Shown here: in pieces, positions 17,596-27,500 of the stretch
Layout: every line of letters starts with the position of its first letter
Position numbering within the stretch: the stretch's first letter is position 1
Source: a virus
Lineage: Duplodnaviria > Caudoviricetes
Strand: one strand, 5' to 3'
DNA length: 51,509 nucleotides
Virus record (IMG/VR): IMGVR_UViG_3300034945_000013
Location: 1 to 51,509 of that record
Position numbers and translations under genes: made by a program
Notes under the pieces: model-generated
What the model saw: the letters and a program-made list of their open reading frames with translations, nothing else
What the model was told of the DNA's origin: nothing
The model's database searches: none

Positions 17596-18062
17596 TCAAT
17601 TTCCTTCAAAATCGCACGCGCCGCATTTTCCGTATCGAGTTGTGCCAGCCCGTAGATGCCGAACGGCGCTTGAGTGCTGTGGCCCTCTTCCAGAGCCTGA
17701 GCATACGGCACGATGTTTGCTACGTAGTGCACGCCAGAAGCCGGGGCCATCATCACACCATTCCGAATCGCGGCCATCGCACTTGCCCCAATCGGGTCTT
17801 CGCCTTCAACTTCGGATGCCGGTACGGAACCAAACTGGTACTGGTTGTTGGCACGGAAGTGTCCGCCGAGGTATCCCTTGGGTACCGGGGGCAGTCCACG
17901 AGATGCGCGCGCTATATTAGCTGCCCAGATGTCAGGCTGACCCACCGGAGACCGCTCGTCGACCAGCGTGCCGATGGTAATCACTATCTCGCGCACAGCA
18001 TCGCCAATGGTCTGCTCGGCCTTCTTGGCATACTCACGGAGGTCGAATGCGAATGCTGACAT
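17592..18062 (-). CDS. Neck/tail completion protein (HK97 gp10-like)
   Basis: SPV...G.FRAN and N.VPYA..LE.GHS.QAP motifs. Confidence 0.8.
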   Translation of the reverse strand: MSAFAFDLREYAKKAEQTIGDAVREIVITIGTLVDERSPVGQPDIWAANIARASRGLPPVPKGYLGGHFRANNQYQFGSVPASEVEGEDPIGASAMAAIRNGVMMAPASGVHYVANIVPYAQALEEGHSTQAPFGIYGLAQLDTENAARAILKEIE

Positions 18063-18436
18063 TATGCCCTCACATTGCAGTCGTAAAGCACCGGCACGCC
18101 GGCAGGGGAAATCGCCTTGATGTTCTTAATTGTGTAATTAACCTGGCTGAATGTTACAACATCGTCCATTTGTGGCGGAGTAACGAGGTCAGGTGACAAC
18201 AGCAATTGCTTGTCTCCTTGTTGAACCAGCGTGCCGGGGGTATTGTACGACCCGGACCCATGCAGTCCATAGTCAAGAAGTACCCCGTACCCCTCATGGG
18301 AGGTCACCGAGGAGGATGTCGTGCCCGTGGCAGGGTCGTATTCGCCCACTACGGAGGTGGTAATTGTCAGGGCCTGCCCGAACTCCGTCAGCAGCTCGTC
18401 TGCAAGTTCAGCCATCGGGGCGTAGTCGAAGCTCAT
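18062..18436 (-). CDS. Head closure protein
   Basis: GEYDPATG motif; synteny. Confidence 0.7.
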   Translation of the reverse strand: MSFDYAPMAELADELLTEFGQALTITTSVVGEYDPATGTTSSSVTSHEGYGVLLDYGLHGSGSYNTPGTLVQQGDKQLLLSPDLVTPPQMDDVVTFSQVNYTIKNIKAISPAGVPVLYDCNVRA

Positions 18437-18948
18437 TAGACTCGCACCATCTTGATTCTACCCGCGCCAGACTGAAGGTACGGAGCCAACATCGCGTCAA
18501 TTTCTTTGTACTGCTTTGCCGCCGAGCTGTTGGGGTCATACGAAGTGCTGATCGAGCCAATGCTTACGCTCAGCTTCGCTTGCCCTTCGTCGGCCAGCAG
18601 GTCGGCTGTGGCAGCGCGCAACGCCAGCGAAGCGCAGGCATTCTTGACCGGGGTCGGAACCGCAGAGTCCGAATAGTAGCTGGGTGAAATGGCATCCTTG
18701 ATAAGGACCAGCGAGCGCGGCCAGTCGAGTGCTTGGGTGGTGGTTTTGCGCGAGCCATTCCACAGAGGACGGAAGCGACCAATCATGAACGAGGTGGCTT
18801 TGCGCAGGCACTGCTCCCGCACCGTATCAGATGACAGCGCAGCCCACGCCGTATTGCCGTAGGCGAGGTGGTAGGCTGTGGCTTCAGCGAGCGTACAATA
18901 CACTTCCGCGTCTGCTTTGCCGGTGCCGTCTTCTGCGATGATTGCCAT
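18436..18948 (-). CDS. Head-tail adaptor (DnaT-like family)
   Basis: EDGTGKADA.Y and QALDWPR motifs. Confidence 0.8.
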   Translation of the reverse strand: MAIIAEDGTGKADAEVYCTLAEATAYHLAYGNTAWAALSSDTVREQCLRKATSFMIGRFRPLWNGSRKTTTQALDWPRSLVLIKDAISPSYYSDSAVPTPVKNACASLALRAATADLLADEGQAKLSVSIGSISTSYDPNSSAAKQYKEIDAMLAPYLQSGAGRIKMVRV

Positions 18949-18954
18949 GGTCGA

Positions 18955-19125
18955 TTACTTGTACCCGGTGTGCTTCTTGTTGGCTTTGTCGGCAGCAGGC
19001 TCTTCGTCAGCCACCGGCTCAACGTACAGCGTCTGCTTCTTCGGATCGAAGTCAGCCTCGTTGATTACGACGAACTCACCTTGCTCGGGGTCGGTTGCTT
19101 TGATTTTAACTGTTGGGCATTGCAT
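18955..19125 (-). CDS. Small hypothetical protein, 56 aa
   Basis: Manual translation MQCPTVKIKATDPEQGEFVVINEADFDP...; RBS AGGAG. Confidence 0.65.
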   Translation of the reverse strand: MQCPTVKIKATDPEQGEFVVINEADFDPKKQTLYVEPVADEEPAADKANKKHTGYK

Positions 19126-19148
19126 AACTGCACTCCTTCGTTGGTAAA

Positions 19149-19385
19149 CTATTTACGTTTGGCATTCTTAAAACGGTGCTTGAGAACTTTCAGAGTGGTG
19201 GAGTCATATGCCGCTCGTCTATCCATCATGCCCTGTGGCGAATTACGAATAACACTCTGATTCTTAGTTGCTGCGGAAGATTTGTTCACAGCACGCAATG
19301 CACGTTTGACATGCCCCACCTTGATGGTAGCTGTGCGGCCACCTTTTGTATACTGATTGATTCCGGTGGGGTTGTTATTCGGCAC
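19149..19385 (-). CDS. Small basic protein with GINQYT motif
   Basis: RBS AGGAGA, GTG start, K/R-rich. Confidence 0.6.
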   Translation of the reverse strand: MPNNNPTGINQYTKGGRTATIKVGHVKRALRAVNKSSAATKNQSVIRNSPQGMMDRRAAYDSTTLKVLKHRFKNAKRK

Positions 19386-19442
19386 GGTGCTCTCCTTGGT
19401 AAAGTTCGCAGATGCCCCCTCTTGCGAAGGGGCATGAACTAC

Positions 19443-20597
19443 TTAACCAATCAGCAGCGCGGTGTGGCGGGGAGCAATCATCTTGCAACCCCATGCCAGC
19501 GCCACTTCGAAGTGCACTTGGCGGTACTGACGATACATGGCCACTTGGAAGCTCAGGCCGGAAACGGGATCGACAATGTCCATCACGTCATCAGCCTCGT
19601 CACCACCTTCGGGCATGTAGGGCGAGCGGGTTGCCAGCACAATCGCGGACTTGCTGAAGACCATGTTACGGTCGGTTGCAGCACCGACTGTAAGGGCGAC
19701 AGCAGATGCAGCGACCGCTTGGCGCAGGCCCGGTTCAGCCAGCGTAACGACGCCGCCCGTCAGTGCCGTCGCGACCACGTACTTGTTGGTGTCGCCAGCG
19801 AAGGTGACCATGTCGCCTGCCAGGATCGTGCCAGAGCCAGTGATCAGGGTGATGGCGGTAGCACCAACTGCGTAACCTGCGGTGTTGGTGGTGTAGGATG
19901 CACCAGTGCCGGCGGTAACGCTTTGCTTGACCTGAGCGGACTGGCCCAGACCGACACCGAAGATGTCACCAATGATACCGCGACGCAGCATCTGGTCGGT
20001 ACCAGCTTCATTGACCTTGAACAGAGCCGACTGCTTGCCACGGATGTTGGCGATGGCAGTGGAACTCAGCACAGCACGCAGGTCAGTTTGCGGAGCGCCA
20101 TTGTCTTCCAGGATCTTAATGGTCTGGGCCATGTCGGACAGGTCGCCGGCAGTGCCGAAAGGCTGGGTGCCATCAGTGCCGTAAGCACGCGAGGTTGCGA
20201 TGTGCAGTGCAGCCAGATCGGCTTCAACCAGGTTGGTGATGGAGCGCATGGCTTGTGCGAAACGCTGAGTCACCACGTTGTCGTAGATGCCAGTTTCGCC
20301 AACTGCGATTTGCTCATCACCGTTCCAGGCAATCGGAGCCTGGTACTGGTTGCTGATTGTTACAGTGACGTTGGCAGGGGTAGCACCACCGGTGTCGGGA
20401 GCGTAGGCACCCGGAGTGATGGACACAGGGGTGATGGCGCCAACGACCGGCACGTTGACGGTCTGGTTGATGGCCACACGGTCAATGCGGGAGTCGCGGG
20501 TCACTGCGGGGATGAAGCCCACCAACTCACGGCTGACAACGTCAGCAGCGGCATACAGAGTGGGGATCAGGTTGGTGAGAGTGTTAGGAGAAGCCAT
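19443..20597 (-). CDS. Major capsid protein (P22 coat-like)
   Basis: NTLTNLIP...VSRELVGFIPAV and DPVSGLSF motifs; follows the scaffold gene. Confidence 0.9.
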   Translation of the reverse strand: MASPNTLTNLIPTLYAAADVVSRELVGFIPAVTRDSRIDRVAINQTVNVPVVGAITPVSITPGAYAPDTGGATPANVTVTISNQYQAPIAWNGDEQIAVGETGIYDNVVTQRFAQAMRSITNLVEADLAALHIATSRAYGTDGTQPFGTAGDLSDMAQTIKILEDNGAPQTDLRAVLSSTAIANIRGKQSALFKVNEAGTDQMLRRGIIGDIFGVGLGQSAQVKQSVTAGTGASYTTNTAGYAVGATAITLITGSGTILAGDMVTFAGDTNKYVVATALTGGVVTLAEPGLRQAVAASAVALTVGAATDRNMVFSKSAIVLATRSPYMPEGGDEADDVMDIVDPVSGLSFQVAMYRQYRQVHFEVALAWGCKMIAPRHTALLIG

Positions 20598-20737
20598 GAT
20601 GTGTGTCCTTATAAAAATGATCGAAAGTGGAATTACCTTTGGACCATCCCGGTCGTCTACATCACGCGCATCTCACGCGGCACTGCTTTGATTCTTTACA
20701 CCTACCAGGCATCACGCCAAGCGGGTTGATTCTTTAC

Positions 20738-21511
20738 TTAACCTTCAACAATTGTATGCGCCTTTGCCGCTGCGGCCTTGTCGCGAGCTGGGAGGGCATC
20801 AAAAGCACTGCGCTTCATCGTCTTGCCACCACCCTGCCCGTTACCGCTGCCGCCCGAACCACCGCCGCTGCCGCCTGCAGGGAACCAGTGCGGAGCCTGC
20901 TCAACCATGCTCTCAATCCACTCGGCAGGGCTGAACGGGGTCTTCCCATCCTTGCCCAACACCGGCTTACCGTCCGCACCCAACTGCACCGCGTTGCCTT
21001 CATCGTCAAGCGTGAAGATTTCGCGTGCTGCCCGCATCACATCACCATTCTTGATAGCACTGACATGAACCTTGCCAATAACTGCATCCTTGATTCTGTC
21101 ATCCAGCACTCGCTGGCTGTACTTCGTCGTGCGGTCGTTGGCTGCCTTCTCGCGACCAGTTGCTTCATCAACCTGACGTTGCAATTCCGCACGGAGCTTT
21201 TCGCTACGCTTGGCAATCACCTCGTCGATCTTGCCTGCTGCGATCAATGCGGCTTCACCGTCCTGATCCAGCTTGCTCATCATTTCACGAACCTTCGCAG
21301 GGTCAATCCCGGAGAACTTTTCTTCCAGTGCCTTGGCCAAGTCCTTCGCATCCTTGACTGCCTTGCGTTCAGCTTGTAGCGCCGATTTGAGGCCGCTGGT
21401 GTCTTCGATGCCGTCTACATCAAGTTTGAATCTGTCGCCATCGACAACGTACAAACCACGGATTGCTTCTGCCACATCGTCCAGCTTATCTACTGTCAGT
21501 GCTAATGCCAT
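20738..21511 (-). CDS. Capsid scaffolding protein
   Basis: Coiled coil, APHWF, Gly-rich linker, MKRSAFDAL tail. Confidence 0.8.
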   Translation of the reverse strand: MALALTVDKLDDVAEAIRGLYVVDGDRFKLDVDGIEDTSGLKSALQAERKAVKDAKDLAKALEEKFSGIDPAKVREMMSKLDQDGEAALIAAGKIDEVIAKRSEKLRAELQRQVDEATGREKAANDRTTKYSQRVLDDRIKDAVIGKVHVSAIKNGDVMRAAREIFTLDDEGNAVQLGADGKPVLGKDGKTPFSPAEWIESMVEQAPHWFPAGGSGGGSGGSGNGQGGGKTMKRSAFDALPARDKAAAAKAHTIVEG

Positions 21512-21568
21512 TTTGTTGATCCCTCCCGGATCGATTCGCTGCGATTAAAGTCATCCTGACTTCAAGGT

Positions 21569-21597
21569 ATTGTACCACACCAACAACATCGTGTCAA
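21569..21597 (-). promoter_or_regulatory. Sigma70-type promoter for scaffold/capsid genes
   Basis: Minus strand TTGACA-17 nt ending TGTGG-TACAAT. Confidence 0.75.
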
Positions 21598-22565
21598 GTA
21601 TACTTCGAAACCAGCTTATCCAACGACAGCGGAGCGCCGGTCCCAGACACCAGATCCCGCATGGTCAACTTGCCCGAACGATACAGCTCGGCGCGTCCTT
21701 TGCCCAGCACCTCATTCTGGAAGGCTGGTGACTGCCTCCCCAGAAAGTCATTGAACGTCACCTTGCGATCCACAGGTCCAAACATGCTGGCGCGTTGACC
21801 GTTGATCAGCTTGCTCAGTTTGGTTACGCCGACCAGCTTGCAACGGCAACCGAAATGCAGTGGCGGAGTGATGTAGGGCAGGTCATGGCCGACCGGTTCC
21901 TTGGTCAGCGTGTCCCATTCCAGCCCATCCCGACTGCCACAGACGATACAGGTCGAACTGTCCAAAGTCGAGAGGTGCCGCATTGTGGGGGTCACGTCCG
22001 CGTTCTTCTGCAACGTGGCTTCGGTGGCATCGTTCATGGTCTGCATGATTGAGGTGTGGACCAAGGCCACCGAATTGCGGCCCGCCAAGCCAACCACAGT
22101 GTTGACCCGCTTGAATATCTGCGCTTGGGTTTCGCCCTGCATCAGCCCTTGGCGCACCGCTGCCTTGAATTTGAATGCGGTGTCGGTGGCGATCTTGCTC
22201 CACCAGGTTTTAGTTGCCGCGCCGTCGATCATTACGTTGCTGACGATTGATTCGAGTGCGGTGCGACTAGGTATAGATGCCGCCATTGCCTGCGAAGCAG
22301 CCACTCCGGCCACCACGTTATAGGTTGGATGGAGCACCGCTTGCACTTGTGCATAATAGGCAGCGATGGTTGTTTCAGCATCTTTAAGCATAGCATTGAT
22401 GCGTGTCTTTCCCCATGCGGTCAAATTACCGGAGGCGAGTTTTGTAATCAACTCCTTGCGCATTTCTTCAAGCAAGCGTAGCACCTCCTCCTCGGTGGAT
22501 GAGGAGTGCCGCAATATATCGAGTTGGGCACGTAATGACTGATCGATGCGCTCAAGCTCAGTCAT
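21594..22565 (-). CDS. Minor head protein (Mu gpF/SPP1 gp7-like)
   Basis: STLDSSTC..C...DG and PPLHFGCRC motifs. Confidence 0.85.
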   Translation of the reverse strand: MTELERIDQSLRAQLDILRHSSSTEEEVLRLLEEMRKELITKLASGNLTAWGKTRINAMLKDAETTIAAYYAQVQAVLHPTYNVVAGVAASQAMAASIPSRTALESIVSNVMIDGAATKTWWSKIATDTAFKFKAAVRQGLMQGETQAQIFKRVNTVVGLAGRNSVALVHTSIMQTMNDATEATLQKNADVTPTMRHLSTLDSSTCIVCGSRDGLEWDTLTKEPVGHDLPYITPPLHFGCRCKLVGVTKLSKLINGQRASMFGPVDRKVTFNDFLGRQSPAFQNEVLGKGRAELYRSGKLTMRDLVSGTGAPLSLDKLVSKYT

Positions 22566-22722
22566 TACGAGTCTCAATGCGACATGCGCGTGACAGAACC
22601 TTCTCCACGCGTTCAGGATTCGGCTCAAGGCTAAGCAGCCAACACAGAAAAGCCAACGTGTGTAGGTACGGCTTAGCCCACCATGCCAGCTTGACGTTCA
22701 CGATAATGCTTTGGTTTGCCAT
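22558..22722 (-). CDS. Small hypothetical protein, 54 aa
   Basis: Manual translation MANQSIIVNVKLAWW...; overlaps both neighbours. Confidence 0.5.
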   Translation of the reverse strand: MANQSIIVNVKLAWWAKPYLHTLAFLCWLLSLEPNPERVEKVLSRACRIETRND

Positions 22723-23021
22723 TACATGTCCTTAACCACGATCCCAAACGACAGCACTGAAATCCTGCCGCTGGCCCATGTCACAGTGTTGGTTGCGGAG
22801 TAGCGGGCACCAGCTGTGCCGCCATTAAAGTAGGCATAAGTAATGAGGCCAGAGATGGCATCGCCCGATCGAGTGATACCTGTGTCGTTGACCCAAGTGC
22901 TTGTGGATATTGTGTCGGCATCCTCGGCCCAGTCAGTCCAATCGTGGCCGTAGTCCAGTTTGGCTGTCGGGCTTTTTTCTTTGTAGTACCCAGTGGCATC
23001 TCGTTTCCATTCAGTGGTCAT
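22722..23021 (-). CDS. Virion adaptor-like protein
   Basis: K.P.AKLDYG.DW motif common in phage structural genes. Confidence 0.6.
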   Translation of the reverse strand: MTTEWKRDATGYYKEKSPTAKLDYGHDWTDWAEDADTISTSTWVNDTGITRSGDAISGLITYAYFNGGTAGARYSATNTVTWASGRISVLSFGIVVKDM

Positions 23022-24529
23022 GTTAACTTCCTTATGCGTTGGTCGTACTCAATGGTGCGGATGCGGCGGTCATACTGAACCAGGAGCATATCAAGAGCAG
23101 CAAATACCAACAGGTTGAGTGTAACGTTGTCGGCCAGGTGCGTGTGCATCGCCTCGACAATCGCCAGCGTGGCTGCGTAGGTCAGGCTCACGTCGTCTGC
23201 CAGATGGGCATGCGCAGCATCAGCAATCGCCAGCAGAGCGGCAGTCGTCAGCGTAAGATTGTCAGCACTATGGCTGTGGCCGGCATCAGCAATGCTGAGG
23301 CTCGGCAAGTCGGACAGGCTGAGGTTGTCGGCTGTATGTGCGTGCAGAGCGTCGGCCACAGCCAAGACGTGCGCGCTGGTGATGACTACATTATCCGCAC
23401 TGTGCGCGTGGGCAGCGTCGGCGATGGCCAATAACATCTGGCTGGTAAGGCCGAGACTGTCCGCCATGTGGGTGTGGAGCGCATCAGCAACGATCAAGCT
23501 TGTGGCACCGGACACTGACAAGGCGAGGTTATCGACCAGATGGCTGTGCAGCGCCTCGGCAACGACCAACACCGACAGGGTGGTGAGGTCGAGGTTGTCT
23601 GCAGTGTGGACGTGGGTTGCATCCTGCACCGCCAGCCTGGCGGCGGTGTCGAGCGTCAGGTTGTCAGCGGTGTGGCCATGCAGGGCATCTGCCAGCATGA
23701 GCAATATCTGGCTGGTGAGACTGAGATTGTCGGCGGCGTGGGCGTGGGATGAATCGGCGACGGTGAGTGTGGTCGCCCCACCGCCCCCAACATCGAAATA
23801 CAGGACTTGCGGACTACGGCGGAAAATCTGCCAGGGGTTGCGTATTATCTCAAAGGCTTCTTTTTTGCTGTGGTCAACATAGAAGACATACGCGAAGTTT
23901 ATTGCGCCATTTATATATTCTTCGGGCTGCGAGGCGTCATTGCCTATAAACAGACTCCCTTCAGTTCTGCTACTGGCAAACCAATCGACGGTAGATGTAT
24001 ATACGTTTGTTGTGTTTTGGTAAATCTCGTCGCAAACATCGTTGCGTACAATCACGGCATACGTTGCCTGCGCCCCATTTAAAAGCGCAGTCTGGAATCT
24101 GACCACTCGTCCGCTAGTGTTCCAATACAACAATGACAGCGGCGGATTCGCAACACTTCCAGCAGAAGGCTCTGTCCTTAACAGGAATGATGGATGCTTT
24201 ATTAATGTGTTGTATTTTGCCGTGTCGGGTGAATTTTTATTTGTCCAGGACGCATTTGAATATAGGCTAAGGTTTTTAGTAGTCCCGAATTGGCTTATAG
24301 GTAACTCGATTTCAGCGGCGGCTGTAAAAGTACAGCCTATACCGGCTGGATTAACGGTATTCCCAACAGCGCCACTTACAACCCCGGCACGATTAAATAC
24401 GAGGTTTTGGCCCTTGTTCGTTGCAATCCAGGCAGCCGCTAACCCACGCGTGAGCGGATTGCTCCAGTCAACCTCGACCGGATACTGCGGCTGCTGTGTA
24501 AACCTGCGCGGCAGGATGATGCTCGGCAT
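23018..24529 (-). CDS. Putative virion fibre: lectin/LamG-like domain plus about 10 HxH repeats
   Basis: VDWSNPLTRGL...NPWQIF domain followed by ADAxHxHxADN repeats. Confidence 0.65.
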   Translation of the reverse strand: MPSIILPRRFTQQPQYPVEVDWSNPLTRGLAAAWIATNKGQNLVFNRAGVVSGAVGNTVNPAGIGCTFTAAAEIELPISQFGTTKNLSLYSNASWTNKNSPDTAKYNTLIKHPSFLLRTEPSAGSVANPPLSLLYWNTSGRVVRFQTALLNGAQATYAVIVRNDVCDEIYQNTTNVYTSTVDWFASSRTEGSLFIGNDASQPEEYINGAINFAYVFYVDHSKKEAFEIIRNPWQIFRRSPQVLYFDVGGGGATTLTVADSSHAHAADNLSLTSQILLMLADALHGHTADNLTLDTAARLAVQDATHVHTADNLDLTTLSVLVVAEALHSHLVDNLALSVSGATSLIVADALHTHMADSLGLTSQMLLAIADAAHAHSADNVVITSAHVLAVADALHAHTADNLSLSDLPSLSIADAGHSHSADNLTLTTAALLAIADAAHAHLADDVSLTYAATLAIVEAMHTHLADNVTLNLLVFAALDMLLVQYDRRIRTIEYDQRIRKLT

Positions 24530-24532
24530 GGC

Positions 24533-24916
24533 TTAAACCGGGGTCGTCAGTTCGCTGAAGTAGCTCTCGACCGTAACCGCCTGCGACGTGTTGCCGGTGA
24601 ACTCGACTTCAAGTGCCATCACCGACGCCTCGATTGGAATGGCGAGTTCAGTGACGGCAGAGGCAGTCGTTCCGCCGCCAATGGTATACATGGTTTTCCA
24701 GTCTGCCCCTGCGCTTGCTGCGGTAGGCAAAGTAGCGTTGTGGGCGACTAGCACGTTCGCCGCACATTGCACTGTGGGGCCGGTGCCGCCGTTGGTGATT
24801 TTCAGCGTGAGCATTCCGCCATAAACGGCTTCGAGGTCGATGGTTCCGCGTGCGGTTGCGCCTGCGGCATTCGATGCCGAGGCGACGATGGTGCGGGCTG
24901 TTTTTGCAAGTGCCAT
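24533..24916 (-). CDS. Putative virion structural protein
   Basis: A/T/G-rich beta composition; located in the late operon. Confidence 0.6.
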   Translation of the reverse strand: MALAKTARTIVASASNAAGATARGTIDLEAVYGGMLTLKITNGGTGPTVQCAANVLVAHNATLPTAASAGADWKTMYTIGGGTTASAVTELAIPIEASVMALEVEFTGNTSQAVTVESYFSELTTPV

Positions 24917-24917
24917 A

Positions 24918-25406
24918 TCACCACCCCATCAACTGTAGGACTTCGTTGTAGGAAACTTCACCCTGCACCACCATCGTTGCCGGGTCTGCCACCGATCCGG
25001 CTCCGGTTGCGAACAGTGCCTCAAGCCGGTTTGCCGAACGCTTGCAATGACCCAGCACCACCGCCTGTACGGCGAGGTCGGCAGTGGTGCCTTTCCAGCA
25101 CTCGGCAATGCCTGCCCGCACGTTTGATTTGCTCGGGTCGATGGCGCGGCTGGAGTTGTAGAACAGCCACTCCCAGATGCGGGCCTTGCCGACTGACAGG
25201 TTATCGACCCGCACCCAGTCGAAACCATTTTGCATGATCTCGTCTTGCGAGACGGTCGTGCGCCAAACGGTATATGCCGGGCTTGCCGGTGCCTTGTAAG
25301 CCTCGATGATCGTGTTGATGGCGTTGGAGCTTGGGGCAAGCGCGGCCAGTGCGGGGTCGGCAAGAATCGCGGCCTTGAGTGTTGCCCGTTGTTCAGTGGT
25401 CAGCAT
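24918..25406 (-). CDS. Hypothetical late protein
   Basis: ORF with RBS AAGGA. Confidence 0.7.
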   Translation of the reverse strand: MLTTEQRATLKAAILADPALAALAPSSNAINTIIEAYKAPASPAYTVWRTTVSQDEIMQNGFDWVRVDNLSVGKARIWEWLFYNSSRAIDPSKSNVRAGIAECWKGTTADLAVQAVVLGHCKRSANRLEALFATGAGSVADPATMVVQGEVSYNEVLQLMGW

Positions 25407-25492
25407 GATTTATCCTTGGTGAGCCGCGAAGGGCGTGCAGGTCGGTATAGGTAGCCATGTTTATCCTTTCATCATTTAAAAGCCGCTTACGA

Positions 25493-25867
25493 TCAGGTCG
25501 GATCAGCAATTTCAACATCCCACGCCGGGAAGTTGACGGTGTTACTGCCGTTGGCGGTGAGCGCCTGTGAGGTGCAGGTGGTGACGTACAGCAGCCGCGT
25601 GGCGTCGCACAAGGCGATGAACACGCCGGTGCCGCTGGTGTCGATGAGCACGCCGGATTTGGCCGCGACGGTGACCTTGCGCCCGGAGGTATCGCCGTTG
25701 GCCTTGGTGTAGTCGGTGTTGGCGGTCATGACAACATCGGCCAGTTTGTAGGTGGTGGTCGCCTCAAGGAGCGTGGTGGGCTGCGCCGAGCAGACAGTTT
25801 GCAGGGTTGCCTGGTCAAGCACGTCGAACGCGCCATCCAGAACATCGTCGTGTACGGTTTTGGGCAT
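25493..25867 (-). CDS. Putative virion structural protein
   Basis: RBS AAGGAG; NGDTSGRKVTV motif. Confidence 0.65.
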   Translation of the reverse strand: MPKTVHDDVLDGAFDVLDQATLQTVCSAQPTTLLEATTTYKLADVVMTANTDYTKANGDTSGRKVTVAAKSGVLIDTSGTGVFIALCDATRLLYVTTCTSQALTANGSNTVNFPAWDVEIADPT

Positions 25868-25879
25868 GATACAGCTCCT

Positions 25880-26095
25880 TTACAGGGTAGTGCTCGATGA
25901 ACCGAGCGTGGATTTGTCGATGACAAGGTCGGCGCTGCCGGCGGTAAGTGTGCCGGTTTCGATCTGGCCGCTGATGTCCGTGGCCCACCCAGCGGCACAG
26001 AAGCGCGCACCGTCTTCATCCGGCACAGTTCGCACATCATCTGCTTCGAAGCGGTCGCGACCATCGAGGAAAGTGTTTAGGACTTTAATTTTCAT
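25880..26095 (-). CDS. Hypothetical protein, 71 aa
   Basis: RBS AAGGAG before MKIKVLNT. Confidence 0.65.
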   Translation of the reverse strand: MKIKVLNTFLDGRDRFEADDVRTVPDEDGARFCAAGWATDISGQIETGTLTAGSADLVIDKSTLGSSSTTL

Positions 26096-26114
26096 GCCTT
26101 GCTCCTTTAGAAAT

Positions 26115-27500
26115 TCAATAAACGGGTGTTGCGCTTGCGATTTTTTCCTGCTCTTCTTCATAAGTTACGTCATCTGCAATAATCTCACCCGCTTTGAGAT
26201 TATTGAACAATGTTTCCTGCGAGATGGCACCAGACTGCCATGCCCCCACCAGTGCCACAAGGTCAGCGGAGGTCATCCCGGCTGGTACGAAGTCGTGGTT
26301 CAGGGCAACAGTGGCATCGCCAGTTGCGGAAGCCCATTCGCTGAACCAGCCGAGCGCGGTGGTCAGTCCTTGACTGATGGTCTGTGCTGTTGCCGCCAGC
26401 AGGGACTCTTCCCCCGATTGACGACGTGCGATGGTGTCAGCAGATTCGACGTTGGCTTTCTGCTGCTCAAGCATCCGTGCCCCGAGCACTGCCATCTCTC
26501 GCTTCTTGTCTTCAAGGTTGGTGCGCAGAGCTGCAAACTCACCGGCCACTTCGACGTAATAAGCCTTGCTGTCTGGTCTTGGCAGGATATTCGCAATAGC
26601 TCCACCAATAGCAATTTCGGTATCATCACGATTAACCCCGCTCACGAACATGGTGGGCAATCCGCTGAAGAAGCAACCCCGCTCGTAGGACGTGGCCTGC
26701 TTGTAGTGGTGCAGGGCGGTGGTCGCAAGATCAATCAGCGGCGGAGCTTCAACTTCGATCCCGAGGCAGTCTGCTCCGATGACCACAAGAGGAATGAAGC
26801 CCATCGTCTTGTTATTCATCTTCGGGAAGATGTCGCTGCCCACCTGCTCCTGACCAGCATCGTTGTCGGCCTTCTTGAAAATGCGCTGGCGGTAAACTCC
26901 ATCGACCAAGTCGAGCACGCGGTAACGTTTCTCGGTCTTTGCCTTGAACTCATTCTCAGCATCGACGGATTCAAAGTCCTCGGTGAGCTGCACCCGGATC
27001 AACACAGTGGCATTGTTGACTCGACCGACGCGCCAATTGTAAATGTCCTCGGCCTTGTACATCTTGATCATCGGGCGGAGGTTCAGGCGCTGCGCATCTG
27101 CCATGGTAGCGTCCGGGTTCGCTTCCGGGTAATCAACAAGCAGCCCGACGCGACCGACCGACAACGCCTCGCCGGCAACTTTGTACGCCAAGTCGTCGAG
27201 TGAGGTGCCAGCCAAGTCGACGTCCTTCAGCATTTCCAGAATCGTGGTCGGCGCTTCAATCACAACCGGCTTGCGGAACATCATGCCACGCAGCCCGGAG
27301 ATCGTCCTAAAATACGCGTTGAAGAAAGGTGTCATCTTCACCCGCGCTGCATAGGCATCATCTTCCTCATCATGAAGTTTTGGCAGGAAGGTGATTCCCT
27401 TCTCGTGCATGCAGTGTTCGCCTTCAAACTCGGCGCGGCACAACTCCCAGCGAGAACTCATTGCTTGATATTGCGGGTGTTCAGTAGTGACATTGCTCAT
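26115..27500 (-). CDS. Portal protein (DUF4055-like)
   Basis: HPQY..., FLPKL...Y..R and PPLIDLA motifs; downstream of terminase. Confidence 0.9.
   Translation of the reverse strand: MSNVTTEHPQYQAMSSRWELCRAEFEGEHCMHEKGITFLPKLHDEEDDAYAARVKMTPFFNAYFRTISGLRGMMFRKPVVIEAPTTILEMLKDVDLAGTSLDDLAYKVAGEALSVGRVGLLVDYPEANPDATMADAQRLNLRPMIKMYKAEDIYNWRVGRVNNATVLIRVQLTEDFESVDAENEFKAKTEKRYRVLDLVDGVYRQRIFKKADNDAGQEQVGSDIFPKMNNKTMGFIPLVVIGADCLGIEVEAPPLIDLATTALHHYKQATSYERGCFFSGLPTMFVSGVNRDDTEIAIGGAIANILPRPDSKAYYVEVAGEFAALRTNLEDKKREMAVLGARMLEQQKANVESADTIARRQSGEESLLAATAQTISQGLTTALGWFSEWASATGDATVALNHDFVPAGMTSADLVALVGAWQSGAISQETLFNNLKAGEIIADDVTYEEEQEKIASATPVY

Noticed and set aside
19176-20729. 517-aa plus-strand ORF
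   Set aside because: Antisense shadow of the capsid gene with no recognisable motifs.
25752-27203. 483-aa plus-strand ORF
   Set aside because: Antisense to the portal and neighbouring genes with no motifs.
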